Below are positions 40,018 to 50,933 of a stretch of 64,000 nucleotides of DNA, one piece after another. The stretch comes from Candidatus Zhuqueibacterota bacterium (GTDB lineage Bacteria; Zhuqueibacterota; Zhuqueibacteria; Thermofontimicrobiales; Thermofontimicrobiaceae). The DNA lies in contig JBMOPW010000034.1 in assembly GCA_049322915.1 (NCBI GenBank), forward strand, positions 128,001-192,000. The letters are read 5' to 3'. Each line of letters opens with the position of its first letter. Position 1 is the stretch's first letter. Made by a program: the position numbers and the translations under genes. The notes beneath the pieces are model-generated. The model ran no database searches, was not told the origin of the DNA, and saw only the letters and a program-made list of their open reading frames with translations.

Positions 40018-42873
40018 TTATTTTTCCAGTTTCCGTTTGACCTGAATGATCTCGTAGGTTTCAAGCACGTCGCCCACTTTTATGTCATCGAAGTTTTCAA
40101 GACCAATACCGCATTCAAATCCAGCCGCTACTTCTCTGGCATCGTCCTTGAACCGTCTCAGGGAATTGAGTTTTCCTTCGTAAGTCAATTTATCTTCGCG
40201 ATACAGACGAATCATATCATTGCGAGTCACTTTTCCGGTCAGAACGTAACAGCCGGCAATGGTGCCAATTTTCGGGACCTTAAATGTTTCTCGCACTTCC
40301 ACAGTACCCAGGTTAATTTCTTCCAGCGTCGGTTCGAGAAGTCCCTCAAGCGCATCCTTGACATCGGAAAGGACATCGTAAATCACTTTGTACATTCGAA
40401 TGTCAATATTTTCCCGGCTCGCAATCTCGCGCGCTTTAATGGTCGGACGCACCTGGAACCCGATAATAATTGCATCTGATGTACTTGCCAGAAGTACGTC
40501 CGATTCAGAAATTGCTCCAACACCTTTGCGGATAATATTAAGCGTCACTTCAGCCGTCGACAGCTTCAGGAGCGAGTCGCTGAGCGCTTCCACCGAACCA
40601 TCCACATCGCCTTTAATGACCAGCGACAGTTCTTTCACTTTCCCCGATTTAATTTGTCGGGAGATTTCATCCAGAGTTAGATGCCGAATATGTCGGTATT
40701 CCTGCTCTCGCTTGACTTGCTGCCGTTCAAGGCTAATTTCGCGCGTGTCGCGTTCTGACTCCAGTACAGTAAATTTATCGCCAGCCTGGGGCAGTCCCGT
40801 GAAACCGATCACCTGAACCGGGACTGATGGACCAGCGTCCTTTCGTTTCTTGCCCTTTTCATCGAACAGGCCTCTGACTTTCCCGTAATACTGTCCCACA
40901 ATAAACGGATCGCCAACCTTCAACGTCCCTTTTTGCACCAGCACGGTGACAACCACGCCCTTGCCGCGGTCCAGTTTCGATTCAATGACCACGCCTTTGG
41001 CGAGTCGATTTGGATTCGCCTTAAGCTCCAGCATTTCCGATTCGATGATAATGCTCTCCAGCAGCTTTTCGATGCCGATACCGGTCTTGGCGGATATCTC
41101 CACACACTGATATTTCCCGCCCCATTCCTCAATGAGTACGCTTCGTTCGGAAAGCTGTTTCTTGATGAGCTCCGGATTGGCGTTTGATTTATCAATTTTA
41201 TTAATAGCAACGATGATGGGCACGCCAGCGGCTTTTGCATGGTCTATTGCCTCAATCGTCTGAGGCATCACGCTATCGTCCGCAGCCACGACAAGAATGA
41301 CAATGTCGGTTGCCTGGGCGCCGCGAGCGCGCATGGCGGTGAACGCCTCGTGGCCCGGGGTATCCAGGAACGTGATCATCTTGCTGTTGATATTCACCTG
41401 ATAGGCGCCGATGTGCTGGGTGATTCCACCAGCCTCGCCCTGTATGATGTTACTTTCGCGAATGAAATCCAGCAGTGACGTTTTGCCGTGATCGACATGG
41501 CCCATAATTGTCACTACAGGGGAGCGCCATTGTAAATCGCTGTCATCTTCTTCTTCTTCAAGTTCATCGATGATATCGCTGCCATATTCTGGAATGATCT
41601 CAACTTTAAATCCGAATTCATCCGCCAAAATTTCAATCGCCTCTTTATCCATCCGCTGATTAATGGTGACTAACATCCCCATTGCGAGACATTTTTTAAT
41701 GAGTTCGCTGGGCTCTTCATCCATTTCGTTGGCCAGGTCAGCAATCGTGATGAACTCGTTCACGCGCAGCAGGTTTTCTTCTTCCTCCTCGAACTCACCC
41801 GTCTCTTTCACCCTTTTACGCCTTTTCTTGTGGCGCGCTGCATCTTCCATCGCAGCAAATGTCTGCCGAATCGAAGCCTCGACCTCCTCATCGCTGATGA
41901 CGAACTTCTTCTTTTTCTTGGATCGTTTCTTCTTATCGGCAGTTTCCGCCCCGGCGAGTCGTTCGGACTTCTTTTTCTTTTTCTTCTTTCGTATGCTTGA
42001 AATGTCTCGATCTTCTGACTTCTTTGCCTCAACTTTGGGCTTAGTCAGCCGATCTTTCTTCTTCAGTATTTTCTTCTTTTTATGCAGTGTGGCAGCATCT
42101 TCTTCTTCCGTGACGATGCCTTTTTTCCTGGTTTCGATTTTGTGGAAGAGATCGACATCTTTCTTTGCAGACTCAACCGTTCCTTCCTCTGCCGCATCAG
42201 GCTCTTTCTCGATATCTAATTTGGGAACTGATTTCAAATCCTTTTTGAATGGCGTTTCTTTTTGGCTGATCACAGGCGCGCGTTCTTCGGTACGTTCTTT
42301 CGTCGCCTTAACTTTTTTCACAGTCCTGAAATGTTCTTTGTGAGTGATTTTCTCTTCTTCAGATTCATCCGGTTGCTCGACAGCCTTCGTTTCTAATTTT
42401 TCGGGAGTGACAGAAATTTCTACCGGTTGATCTGGCAACGGGCTTGCCTCGATCTCGGTTGAAATTTTCTCTTTCCCTGTTTTCGCTTCAGGTAAAGCAC
42501 TCTCTTCCTCGTCGGCTTCCTTTTTTTGAAAGATGTCTTCTTCTTTCGGTGCAGATTTTTTGCGACGACGAGGCATCTCTGTCATGACGATGGATGATAT
42601 TTTTATCATTTCATCATAATCATGTCGCTCTTTTTTCTTGCGTTCTTCATCGATCAGCTTTCTCTGTTTAAGCTGCTCTTTTATATCAACATCCTCGACC
42701 ACGACCTGAATTTTGCTGCCAAATTTCTTACTTGCAGCTTCATACATTTCGTCGGAAAGAGGACTCATATGATTCCTCACATCGAAGTCTGCCTCCGCTA
42801 AAAAGGCGATCAATGCTTCGTTTGAGATGTCGAAATCCCGAGCGACTTGAAATACTCTACGTTTTGTACTCAA
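40018..42873 (-). CDS. infB: Translation initiation factor IF-2
   Basis: [20 protein letters not shown]. Confidence 0.97.
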   Translation of the reverse strand: MSTKRRVFQVARDFDISNEALIAFLAEADFDVRNHMSPLSDEMYEAASKKFGSKIQVVVEDVDIKEQLKQRKLIDEERKKKERHDYDEMIKISSIVMTEMPRRRKKSAPKEEDIFQKKEADEEESALPEAKTGKEKISTEIEASPLPDQPVEISVTPEKLETKAVEQPDESEEEKITHKEHFRTVKKVKATKERTEERAPVISQKETPFKKDLKSVPKLDIEKEPDAAEEGTVESAKKDVDLFHKIETRKKGIVTEEEDAATLHKKKKILKKKDRLTKPKVEAKKSEDRDISSIRKKKKKKKSERLAGAETADKKKRSKKKKKFVISDEEVEASIRQTFAAMEDAARHKKRRKRVKETGEFEEEEENLLRVNEFITIADLANEMDEEPSELIKKCLAMGMLVTINQRMDKEAIEILADEFGFKVEIIPEYGSDIIDELEEEEDDSDLQWRSPVVTIMGHVDHGKTSLLDFIRESNIIQGEAGGITQHIGAYQVNINSKMITFLDTPGHEAFTAMRARGAQATDIVILVVAADDSVMPQTIEAIDHAKAAGVPIIVAINKIDKSNANPELIKKQLSERSVLIEEWGGKYQCVEISAKTGIGIEKLLESIIIESEMLELKANPNRLAKGVVIESKLDRGKGVVVTVLVQKGTLKVGDPFIVGQYYGKVRGLFDEKGKKRKDAGPSVPVQVIGFTGLPQAGDKFTVLESERDTREISLERQQVKREQEYRHIRHLTLDEISRQIKSGKVKELSLVIKGDVDGSVEALSDSLLKLSTAEVTLNIIRKGVGAISESDVLLASTSDAIIIGFQVRPTIKAREIASRENIDIRMYKVIYDVLSDVKDALEGLLEPTLEEINLGTVEVRETFKVPKIGTIAGCYVLTGKVTRNDMIRLYREDKLTYEGKLNSLRRFKDDAREVAAGFECGIGLENFDDIKVGDVLETYEIIQVKRKLEK

Positions 42874-42983
42874 AATCCTATCACTCCAATGTTATTAACG
42901 TCCTGTCTTCTTTTCAAGGAAGTCAGGGATATTTGCTTTCGCAATTTAAAAAATGCCACACCCGATGGCTTAAAAAATCAGTG

Positions 42984-44222
42984 TTATTCTATCGCGTTTA
43001 AAACTTCAAAAATCTTGTCAACGGTCTTTGGCCCGATACCGCTTATTTTTAATAATTCTTCCCGATCCGCTCCTAAAACATCGCTCACCGTTTCAAATCC
43101 ATTGGCAATCAGCTTTTTGATAATGGACGGCTGTAACTCAGTCACTTCCAAAATGTCGATTTCCTGTTCACTCTCTTCCGTCATGATTTCTGAATAATCC
43201 GATTCTTTTATCGTGTCAATTTCATAGCCGGTCAATTTCGATGCCAGACGTTTATTCTGCCCACCTTTGCCAATGGCCAGGGATATTTGGCTGTCGAGGA
43301 TTACGGTCATTGCTTGCTTTTTATCCTCCGATACAATCACTTTCAATGGTTTGGCCGGATTCATGGCGCGAGAAATGAATATCTCTGGCTCCGACGCCCA
43401 GTTGATAATATCGATTTTCTCGTCATTGAGTTCTTTCACGATGGATTGGATGCGAATGCCCTTCATTCCCACACAGGCACCTACGGCGTCAATGCGTCTG
43501 TCATTGGAATACACTGCAATCTTGGTGCGATCTCCTGCTTCGCGAGCAATGCCTTTCACTTCAATGATGCCATCGTAAATTTCTGGGACTTCCAATTCAA
43601 ACATACGCACCAGAAATTTCGGATCAGCGCGCGATACAATGATTTCAGGACCGCGATTCGTTTTTGTCACTTCTTTTATAAGTACCCGCAAATGATCGCC
43701 GCGGCGATATTTCTCATTATAAATTTGCTCTTTCTTCGGCAACACCACTTCGATCCTGTCCACGTTCAAGAAAATTTCATTGCGGTTGAGCTGACGGATG
43801 TCACCAATAATGATTTCACCCACCCGATTTTTAAATTCTTCAAAAATAACGTCCTTCTCAGCCTCTTTAATTTTTTGGTTCAAATTCTGTTTTGCAGAAA
43901 TTATCAACCGTCGGCCAAAACTGGACGGATCGATAATATCGAGAAATTCATCCCCGATTTCCAGATCCGGTTCGACCTTTTGAGCAGTTTCCAGATCGAT
44001 CTCCAAATTCTCATCCTGAATTTTTTCAACGATCGTCTTGCTCTGGCAAATTTCAATTTCTCCCTTTTCCATGCTGACATAAATATTAAAGTTGTCGGTG
44101 GTGCCGTACTTTTTCTTTATCATTGAATACATGATATTTTCGAGAATGGATGACAATAATTCTTTGTCAATATTTTTTTCCTTTACGATCTGGGTAAAGG
44201 CTTCTACAATATCACTTTTCAT
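42984..44222 (-). CDS. nusA: Transcription elongation factor NusA
   Basis: ELEVPEI, GACVGMKG.RI, AIGKGGQN.RLA. Confidence 0.97.
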   Translation of the reverse strand: MKSDIVEAFTQIVKEKNIDKELLSSILENIMYSMIKKKYGTTDNFNIYVSMEKGEIEICQSKTIVEKIQDENLEIDLETAQKVEPDLEIGDEFLDIIDPSSFGRRLIISAKQNLNQKIKEAEKDVIFEEFKNRVGEIIIGDIRQLNRNEIFLNVDRIEVVLPKKEQIYNEKYRRGDHLRVLIKEVTKTNRGPEIIVSRADPKFLVRMFELEVPEIYDGIIEVKGIAREAGDRTKIAVYSNDRRIDAVGACVGMKGIRIQSIVKELNDEKIDIINWASEPEIFISRAMNPAKPLKVIVSEDKKQAMTVILDSQISLAIGKGGQNKRLASKLTGYEIDTIKESDYSEIMTEESEQEIDILEVTELQPSIIKKLIANGFETVSDVLGADREELLKISGIGPKTVDKIFEVLNAIE

Positions 44223-44256
44223 ACCTTCCTATCTCCTGATTCGAAATAAGTTTTTG

Positions 44257-44718
44257 CTACCAAACAGGTACGATTTTGGCCAAAGAAATCGTGGCCAAAT
44301 CAATTCTAATTTGTTCTTTTTCCGTCGCGACGATGACCGATGCTTCATCCACCTGTTCGATAATGCCTGAGACCGATTTCATTTCTCCCTGCGCCGGAGA
44401 ATAGCTGACTGCAATCTTCCTGCCTAACTGGCGCCTGAAATCTTTCATGGTTTTGAGAGGTCGGTCCAAGCCCGGGGATGAAACTTCCAGCCGATAACGA
44501 TTGGGGATGATATTTTTTTGATCCAGCATATCAGCAATATCGCGACTGATTCGCTCGCACTGCTCCAGCCGGATGCCCGTATCCGTATTCACGAAGATCC
44601 GTACCACTTGACTTCTGGTGTTCCCGGCGTATTCAATGTCGACTAAATCCGCGCCATGTGATTCAACGATGGGTTCTATTATTTCTATCAGGCGCTTTGT
44701 ATTTGGATTCTCTACCAT
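44257..44718 (-). CDS. rimP: Ribosome maturation factor RimP
   Basis: YRLEVSSPGLDRPL. Confidence 0.95.
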   Translation of the reverse strand: MVENPNTKRLIEIIEPIVESHGADLVDIEYAGNTRSQVVRIFVNTDTGIRLEQCERISRDIADMLDQKNIIPNRYRLEVSSPGLDRPLKTMKDFRRQLGRKIAVSYSPAQGEMKSVSGIIEQVDEASVIVATEKEQIRIDLATISLAKIVPVW

Positions 44719-44738
44719 CTGTTTTTCATTTTATAGCA

Positions 44739-44803
44739 ATAAAAAAGTGGGATTTTTTCCCACTTCAGGCCATGAATATAATAAATTAATTTTTAATTTG
44801 CAA
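44739..44803 (-). promoter_or_regulatory. rimP promoter (TTGCAA-17-TATATT) and leader hairpin AAGTGGGA/TCCCACTT with T tract
   Basis: Promoter at 44775-44803; hairpin at 44745-44765 of the type commonly seen before rimP-nusA. Confidence 0.65.
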
Positions 44804-44827
44804 GCAATTTTTAAGAAAGCTTTTATT

Positions 44828-45502
44828 TTATCCCTTTAATTTTGCTAAATAAAGCTCAGCATCACTTTTAAAACCGGAGTCCGCATATTTATCAAGGATG
44901 ATTTCATAACAGGATCGCGCATTGGCCACATTATTGGACATGGCATAGCATCGGCCGGCTTCCATTAATAACTGGGGCGCCATGTGCGAATCATCATACT
45001 TTTTTGCACCCTTTTCATAAGTCTGCCCGGCTTCGATGAGTTTTCCAAGTTGCTCAAGACATGCGCCTTTGCCTGCGAACGCTGCCGGCGCAAGAATCTG
45101 ATCATCGCCATGCTTTTTCAGATATTTATCGAAGTATTCAATTCCCTGATTATATTCTTTGCTTTGAAAATGATACTGGCCTAATATATAAATGCCTCGA
45201 GCGGCGCTCTTTGTACCGCTATAATTATCAACAAGGTTGAGCAAAATATCCTTGGCCTGGAGCATATTTCCAGCGCCCATTTCTGCTGTCGCTTTCGCTA
45301 ATTGCTCCGAGGCATCGATATCCGCAGTCCGCTTGCTTCTCGTCATGAACACAGTGACAACGATAACAACAATGACAATTCCAGCGCCGATCATAATATT
45401 TTTAGAATATTTCTCAATGTAATCCACAGCTTTGAAATAAGCAGTAACAAACTTATCTTGTTTAATTTGTCGTCGGGTAATTTTTTTTCGTGCCTTTAAC
45501 AT
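44828..45502 (-). CDS. Membrane-anchored TPR protein
   Basis: Single TM followed by TPR-like helical repeats. Confidence 0.8.
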   Translation of the reverse strand: MLKARKKITRRQIKQDKFVTAYFKAVDYIEKYSKNIMIGAGIVIVVIVVTVFMTRSKRTADIDASEQLAKATAEMGAGNMLQAKDILLNLVDNYSGTKSAARGIYILGQYHFQSKEYNQGIEYFDKYLKKHGDDQILAPAAFAGKGACLEQLGKLIEAGQTYEKGAKKYDDSHMAPQLLMEAGRCYAMSNNVANARSCYEIILDKYADSGFKSDAELYLAKLKG

Positions 45503-45547
45503 TCGTTTAGTCCTTCAAAGTAAGTGAGCTAAATTCAGTTGATTTCG

Positions 45548-45621
45548 TACCCCTGGCAGGATTTGAACCTGCGGCACGCGGTTTAGGAAACCGCTGCTCT
45601 ATCCGCCTGAGCTACAGGGGC
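45548..45621 (-). tRNA. tRNA-Arg(CCT)
   Basis: GCCCCTGTAGCTCAG...GCGGT TT CCT AA ACCGC...GGTTCAAATCC...CAGGGGTA. Confidence 0.95.
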
Positions 45622-45643
45622 GGTTGATTTTAAAAAACCGTCT

Positions 45644-45672
45644 AATATATATATTTCCTTTGACATTGTCAA
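45644..45672 (-). promoter_or_regulatory. tRNA promoter TTGACA-17-TATATT
   Basis: Consensus -35 and 17-bp spacer. Confidence 0.7.
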
Positions 45673-45902
45673 GATTTATTTCCAACGGGAAAAAGTTGGG
45701 CAGCCGCTAAAGGAGCAGCGTACCACGTATTAATTTAAGTCATCTTCGACGCTTCGAAAAGTCATCCGAATCGCGAATGGATGTTTCAATATATCTTAAG
45801 CAGGCGGTTATTCTTTATAATCGATCCTGTTATTCATTTTCAGTAACTTTTTTTATAGCATGTTAAAGACGCCTCGTCAACAACCGACAACCCATCCCTG
45901 GT

Positions 45903-46121
45903 TCACCGCCACCAATAAACCACACTATCGTCGATGTGCTTATAATCCACCCTAATCGCCTTGAAATGTTTCTCAGCACATTTTATTTTTCGCGGCTCAT
46001 GCTGGTATTGTAATAAATTATAATCCTTCTGTCCCTTCGTTTCCCTCACTAATTCAAGTACGAAACGATGCTCATCATCCCAACGGAAGATGCCCCAGTC
46101 TGGATTATAATTCCCGATGAC
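45903..46121 (-). pseudogene. C-terminal remnant of a type III restriction enzyme Res subunit
   Basis: Manual translation: IGNYNPDWGIFRW...ELVRETKG...EPRKIKCAEKHFKAIRVDY; in-frame stop immediately upstream. Confidence 0.75.
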
Positions 46122-46266
46122 TCATCAGCGAAGAAATTCCGCTCATCATTCGTCGTCGAGAATTTGGTATATAATTTAGCATGAGAATGACACCTCTAAA
46201 ATGATCTAATAATTTGAAATAGAAATTCTGACCTTTGCTTTTTTTGTTAGCACATCATATTTTTTT

Positions 46267-47028
46267 CTAGTCATCCTTGAATGCAATTAAAAGCGGTTGA
46301 AAGAAACGATCTCGCAAAGTTCTGACTTCTCGGAATCCTGATGCTTTAAATAAGTCTTCCAGGGTGGGAATTTCAATACAATAGTATTTGCCGCCGCGAA
46401 TGACTTGAGTTTGCGCAACAGGCTCTCCTCGATCCTCCACCACGTATGTCGTGATTTCATAACAATCCTCATTAAAATCCCAAACGTCAAACATCACAAT
46501 TTGCACATCTTCAGTTTGTTGAACCGACCGGGGATGAATCTGCTTCTGTCTTTCTTTTCTTTCCAACTGAGCATAATCTCTAACGGTGATAATGCAACAT
46601 CCATCTGATTTGGTGCATCGATAAAACTGCTGAAACGCTGTGAGAATTTCCTGATCATTCAGTAGGTGTGGCACGGAGTTATCGCAGGCAATAACCACAT
46701 CAAATTGGCTTTGATAGACGTCCCAAACCTGTCGCATATCGGCTACTCGGAACTCGATTTGAACACCCTGTCTTGTTGCTTCCTGGCGTGCATATTCGAT
46801 TTCGGCAAAGGACAAATCAGAAGATTTGACTTTATATCCAAGTTTAGCTAAGCCTATACTTTGAGTTCCTATACCACAGGCAACATCTAATACCGAAGTA
46901 GCAGTTTTGTCAATAAATTCCTGAATGACGCTGTCCAATGCTTGTGCTTGACGCTGGACACTTGCGCCCCAGTCACGATAAAAATATTTATAGTAAGGAG
47001 CAAGGCGATTGTAAAAAACTTCGGTCAT
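46267..47028 (-). CDS. Class I SAM-dependent methyltransferase
   Basis: VLDVACGIG, ADMR, FDVVIACDNS. Confidence 0.9.
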   Translation of the reverse strand: MTEVFYNRLAPYYKYFYRDWGASVQRQAQALDSVIQEFIDKTATSVLDVACGIGTQSIGLAKLGYKVKSSDLSFAEIEYARQEATRQGVQIEFRVADMRQVWDVYQSQFDVVIACDNSVPHLLNDQEILTAFQQFYRCTKSDGCCIITVRDYAQLERKERQKQIHPRSVQQTEDVQIVMFDVWDFNEDCYEITTYVVEDRGEPVAQTQVIRGGKYYCIEIPTLEDLFKASGFREVRTLRDRFFQPLLIAFKDD

Positions 47029-47160
47029 TGAATTTCACCTTCTCATTTTATCGAAGCGGGAATTACGGTCTGCTTCAGCCACGGCGCGACGAGGTCGCCC
47101 GCCAACAGAGTTGGACTGGTGGTTGAATCTGGCTATTGTGCTTTAATGTCATAGCACGAC

Positions 47161-48390
47161 TTATCGGATTGGCGCTGAGATGAGAGCAGCCTGAATTTTT
47201 CGTGATCTCACCGCCAGAATGTAAATACCTAACAGGCTTGTGTACACTAATAGCAAGCTGACAGGGATTATCTCTAATGAGACATGGCGCGCCAGCACAC
47301 CCATCAGGCCAGGAATGAGGGCCGTCCCAAAACCAGCCGCCGCCATTTGCATGCCAATCGTATTAGCCGCATAATGATCGCCCACCCGGCTACTGGTGCC
47401 CGACATCATCGCCGGGAATATGGGCGCAATGGACAGGCCGACAACAGCCACCGCGAACACATTGGTCATTTCGGAAGGATTCCAGATCAGTAATCCCGTG
47501 CCCAAAAATGCTCCTGTCAAACCACATAGAACGAGCTTGTCCCTCCCCACCCGACTGGCGACCATGCCTGCCACGATCCGGCCAATGGTGAATGTGAACC
47601 AATAGCTACCTGCGAAGAATCCCACCAGCGTCCTATCTAACCCACGGGACTCGGTTAGTAGACTGTAGGTCCATGTGCCAAGGCCGCTTTCTGCACCCAC
47701 GTAAAGGAAAAACAAGGTTACACTTAGCCAAACCTGTGATTGTCGCAGTGTTTCTCCTATGGGAGTTTTGAAATCAGTCAGTTTTTTTTCGGTCTCGTTG
47801 TCCGCTGGTACATTGTTCCGGTTCCACATAGCCAGAGTCAGCAGAAAACAGGCTACCAGCGCGAGTTGAAAACCACCCACCACCTGGTAACCAAACCGCC
47901 ATGTGTTCATGGACGTCAATCCAAGGGTCATGATAATTGGTCCCAGCGTAATTCCAACACCCCAACTGGCATGTAGCCACTGCATCAGCCCCTCACCAAA
48001 ATGTGTCGCCACATAGGTATTCAGACCGGCATCAATCGCACCGGCTCCCAACCCGGCGAACACACCCAGCACGACCATCATCCACCAGAGCGGTACAAAA
48101 GTATAGCCGATTAACGCCACCCCTGTGAGACAGCAACTGACAGCAAGGATGCGGCCTACACCGACTCGTGAGAGCAAGAATCCGCTGAAAAAACTTGAGA
48201 TCATGTAACCGGCTACAACAGCCGTTAGAAACATACCAATCGCATCCAACGGAATGGAAAAATCATATCGGATCGATGGCCAACCAACGCCAAGCAGGCC
48301 ATCCGGTAACCCAAGCGCCACAAAGGCAATGAAGGCCAGTCCGATGAGGTTTAGCTTGGGGCGTTGTTTTACGGTGGCAAGGATTGTCAT
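47161..48390 (-). CDS. MFS transporter
   Basis: LGLPDGLLG, GLGAGAIDAGLN; about 12 TM segments. Confidence 0.9.
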   Translation of the reverse strand: MTILATVKQRPKLNLIGLAFIAFVALGLPDGLLGVGWPSIRYDFSIPLDAIGMFLTAVVAGYMISSFFSGFLLSRVGVGRILAVSCCLTGVALIGYTFVPLWWMMVVLGVFAGLGAGAIDAGLNTYVATHFGEGLMQWLHASWGVGITLGPIIMTLGLTSMNTWRFGYQVVGGFQLALVACFLLTLAMWNRNNVPADNETEKKLTDFKTPIGETLRQSQVWLSVTLFFLYVGAESGLGTWTYSLLTESRGLDRTLVGFFAGSYWFTFTIGRIVAGMVASRVGRDKLVLCGLTGAFLGTGLLIWNPSEMTNVFAVAVVGLSIAPIFPAMMSGTSSRVGDHYAANTIGMQMAAAGFGTALIPGLMGVLARHVSLEIIPVSLLLVYTSLLGIYILAVRSRKIQAALISAPIR

Positions 48391-48450
48391 TGCGGATTAT
48401 TCTTAGTTTGGAAAGCTTCGGTTTTCGGTCTCGCTCTCATAAAAATAGTC

Positions 48451-49272
48451 TCAATTTTCGGTTGACAATTCTTGTGGTGAAAGAGATTTTGCATTTTGCC
48501 AAATCTTTTCTATTATTTCAGAGAAAAATTTATAAAAATATGGATCTGGGTCAGAGGATATCACTTCAATGTTGGGTCGCATAAGTTCTTCACATTGATA
48601 TGGCATAAATTCGACAAGAATTTTTTTAATTCCATCTTTCATTTCAACAGCCATATAGCTTATGTTTGAAACGTAATTCGTCACTTTGACCTTAATCTTT
48701 CCCTCTGTATTGCTCGTAATCTTGTTTAAAGTCCGTATGTTGCCCATGGAAAACAACAGTTCAGTCTTGAATAACTCTTTTGCTTCTTTTGTGTTCGGTT
48801 CAGGAATAACGATTTCAAGATCATTTTTTTCACAGGCCCGTGTATCCATCAAAACCAGATTAATATTGCATCCATCTTCTAATAAGCGATTGAGAGCATT
48901 GACTTGAGCGGTAAATTTACTTAAGGTGCGACCAATAATACAAACTTTTTTTGCATCCTTAATATATGCGTCTAGGAATACCAAATCCTTTCTTTGATGT
49001 AACATCCCCAATGGGAATTTTTTTAGCACCGTCTCAATATCATTTTGAGTTTTTTTAATCGATTCCATTTGTGGACGTACTTTTTTAATTGAGTTATAGT
49101 TGTTAGCTAACTGTGCTACAGCTAATCCACCGAGCACAAGCAGAATTGCCGAATCAATGGAGATGATGCGCTCTCCGAATACTTCAGGAATAAGGGCAGC
49201 AATGCACAGAACCACGGATAAGAATAAAAAAATGTTTTCAATGCTTAAGAATTCTTTCCAAATCTTTTTCAT
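48451..49272 (-). CDS. Hypothetical protein: 2 TM plus a DUF5919/PLD-like cytoplasmic domain
   Basis: Two N-terminal hydrophobic helices; AKKVCIIG..LVLMD..ILVEF.PY..RP..IWQNA pattern; AT-rich. Confidence 0.5.
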   Translation of the reverse strand: MKKIWKEFLSIENIFLFLSVVLCIAALIPEVFGERIISIDSAILLVLGGLAVAQLANNYNSIKKVRPQMESIKKTQNDIETVLKKFPLGMLHQRKDLVFLDAYIKDAKKVCIIGRTLSKFTAQVNALNRLLEDGCNINLVLMDTRACEKNDLEIVIPEPNTKEAKELFKTELLFSMGNIRTLNKITSNTEGKIKVKVTNYVSNISYMAVEMKDGIKKILVEFMPYQCEELMRPNIEVISSDPDPYFYKFFSEIIEKIWQNAKSLSPQELSTEN

Positions 49273-49812
49273 TATTTCCTCCCAATGAAAAAATTTGTAA
49301 TGTCAAAAGTTCTAATTGATTTTGAGAATGAAATTTGAGGAAATACTTGCTCGCAAGGCATCATATTCATTCTCCCTTTCACACAAATTATCTCCTCCCC
49401 AATTTTGATAATTGAGAACGAACGAGAAAGGCTGTAATCGCCATCCCCTTTTTGTTCGCCGTTTTTCTTTTTTGGGATTTTTTTTCATTTTTTCATATAA
49501 CTTTTGACTCTGCCTTTTGTTTGCAATGATAAAATATGAATAGGATACAGAGCCGTTACTTTCATCACTCCATTGGGTTCAGCGAAATGCAGGAACTCAG
49601 TTTTATTCCAGAGTAAGTAATAACTGACTATCACGAATGAAGGCAATATGGCTAATAGATATACAATGGCTTTTATATTCTTCCACAACGCCATTGCATG
49701 CGGTATAATATAAAGCATGGACAATTGGACATTTCTTCCTGTGATGGAATCAGTCAGCGTCATGCCTTTTCTGTCCAACGTTGGAGCGAAATCTAAGCCA
49801 GCGTCAACTGCG

Positions 49813-50706
49813 TCAGTTCGTACCTTTAGTCATGAGAAAATCGTCCACCACAATCTGCGCGGCTGCCTTGATGATATCGTCGCGCCACTGTACGTCTTTC
49901 ACTTCCTGGGTGTGATAAATAGCCAGAACAATAGGCTTTCGCTCAGGCGGATATATCACGGCAATATCGTTAGCCGTGCCATAGTCTCCAGAACCTGTTT
50001 TGTCACCAATGTGCCATTCAGCAGGCATGGCCGCCCGAATGCGTTTAGCCCCGGTGGTGTTCCCGCGCAGCCAATCCGTCAACTGTTTCGCTTGACCAGG
50101 AGGCAACGCATCGCCGAGAGTCAATGAGCGCAAGCTGAGCGCCATTGACGCTGGCGTCGCAGTGTCGCGGAGATCACCGGGAATGCAGGTGTTCAATTCT
50201 GTCTCCCATCGGTCCAGGCGAAACTCACTATTTCCGATCGATCGCGTGTACGCCGTCACTGCGACAGGCCCGCCCAGCACTTTCATCAGGAGATTGGCCG
50301 CTGTGTTATCACTGTATTGAATCGCGGCGGCGCAGAGTTCGGAAATCGTCATGCCGTCACCGATGTGTTTCTCGGTAATGGGAGAATAGGTAACAAGATC
50401 GCCCTGCTCATAACGAATTCGGCGCTGCAGCAGGCCTTCGATTTCTACGCTTCGCGCCAAAATCGCCGCTGCCAAAATCGCCTTGAAAGTGCTGCACATG
50501 GGAAAACGTTCATCAGCGCGATGGCTGATCCGCGCCCCATTTTCTGTATTCACGCCAAATACGCCAAGTCGGCCAGTCGAGGTTTTCTCGATTTGCGCCA
50601 GCCTGGCTTGCGGAGAAACCACCTGCGCGCCATCGAAGGCCTTCGCAATTGCTGTGAATGCCAAAGGAATCGTTGCAGCGGTCTGCAGGAATGTTCTGCG
50701 ATTCAT
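49813..50706 (-). CDS. bla: Class A serine beta-lactamase with a Tat signal
   Basis: NRRTFL; FPMCSTFK, SDN, RLDRWETELN, DKTG. Confidence 0.93.
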   Translation of the reverse strand: MNRRTFLQTAATIPLAFTAIAKAFDGAQVVSPQARLAQIEKTSTGRLGVFGVNTENGARISHRADERFPMCSTFKAILAAAILARSVEIEGLLQRRIRYEQGDLVTYSPITEKHIGDGMTISELCAAAIQYSDNTAANLLMKVLGGPVAVTAYTRSIGNSEFRLDRWETELNTCIPGDLRDTATPASMALSLRSLTLGDALPPGQAKQLTDWLRGNTTGAKRIRAAMPAEWHIGDKTGSGDYGTANDIAVIYPPERKPIVLAIYHTQEVKDVQWRDDIIKAAAQIVVDDFLMTKGTN

Positions 50707-50933
50707 CGCCTTCAGTTTATCGTCACATGTTTTCAAGAGGACGTCCTTTTTTTACGGGTGGTGATGTTTCAATTGGGATTGTCGTGAGTCTCATTGGTAG
50801 CGAGTGTGGTTTGAAAAAAACTACTTGATTTTTTCAAATTATTGGAGTAAATTTCAGCACATTAAAATGACTCAACTGCGCCCAACGGCTCAATTGCTCT
50901 ATCGAGCAACTTACCTGCGGGCGCATTTCTTTT

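Noticed and set aside
45660..45672. Palindrome TTGACA-T-TGTCAA
   Set aside because: Explained by the tRNA -35 box; no evidence for a specific regulator
49485..49778. 97-aa minus-strand ORF after the beta-lactamase
   Set aside because: No motif or clear RBS; may be a gene fragment but cannot be supported
50876..50930. Possible integron attC sites between accessory genes (GCCCAAC here, GTCCAAC near 49773)
   Set aside because: No matching GTTRRRY partner with proper L boxes and no integron integrase in the window
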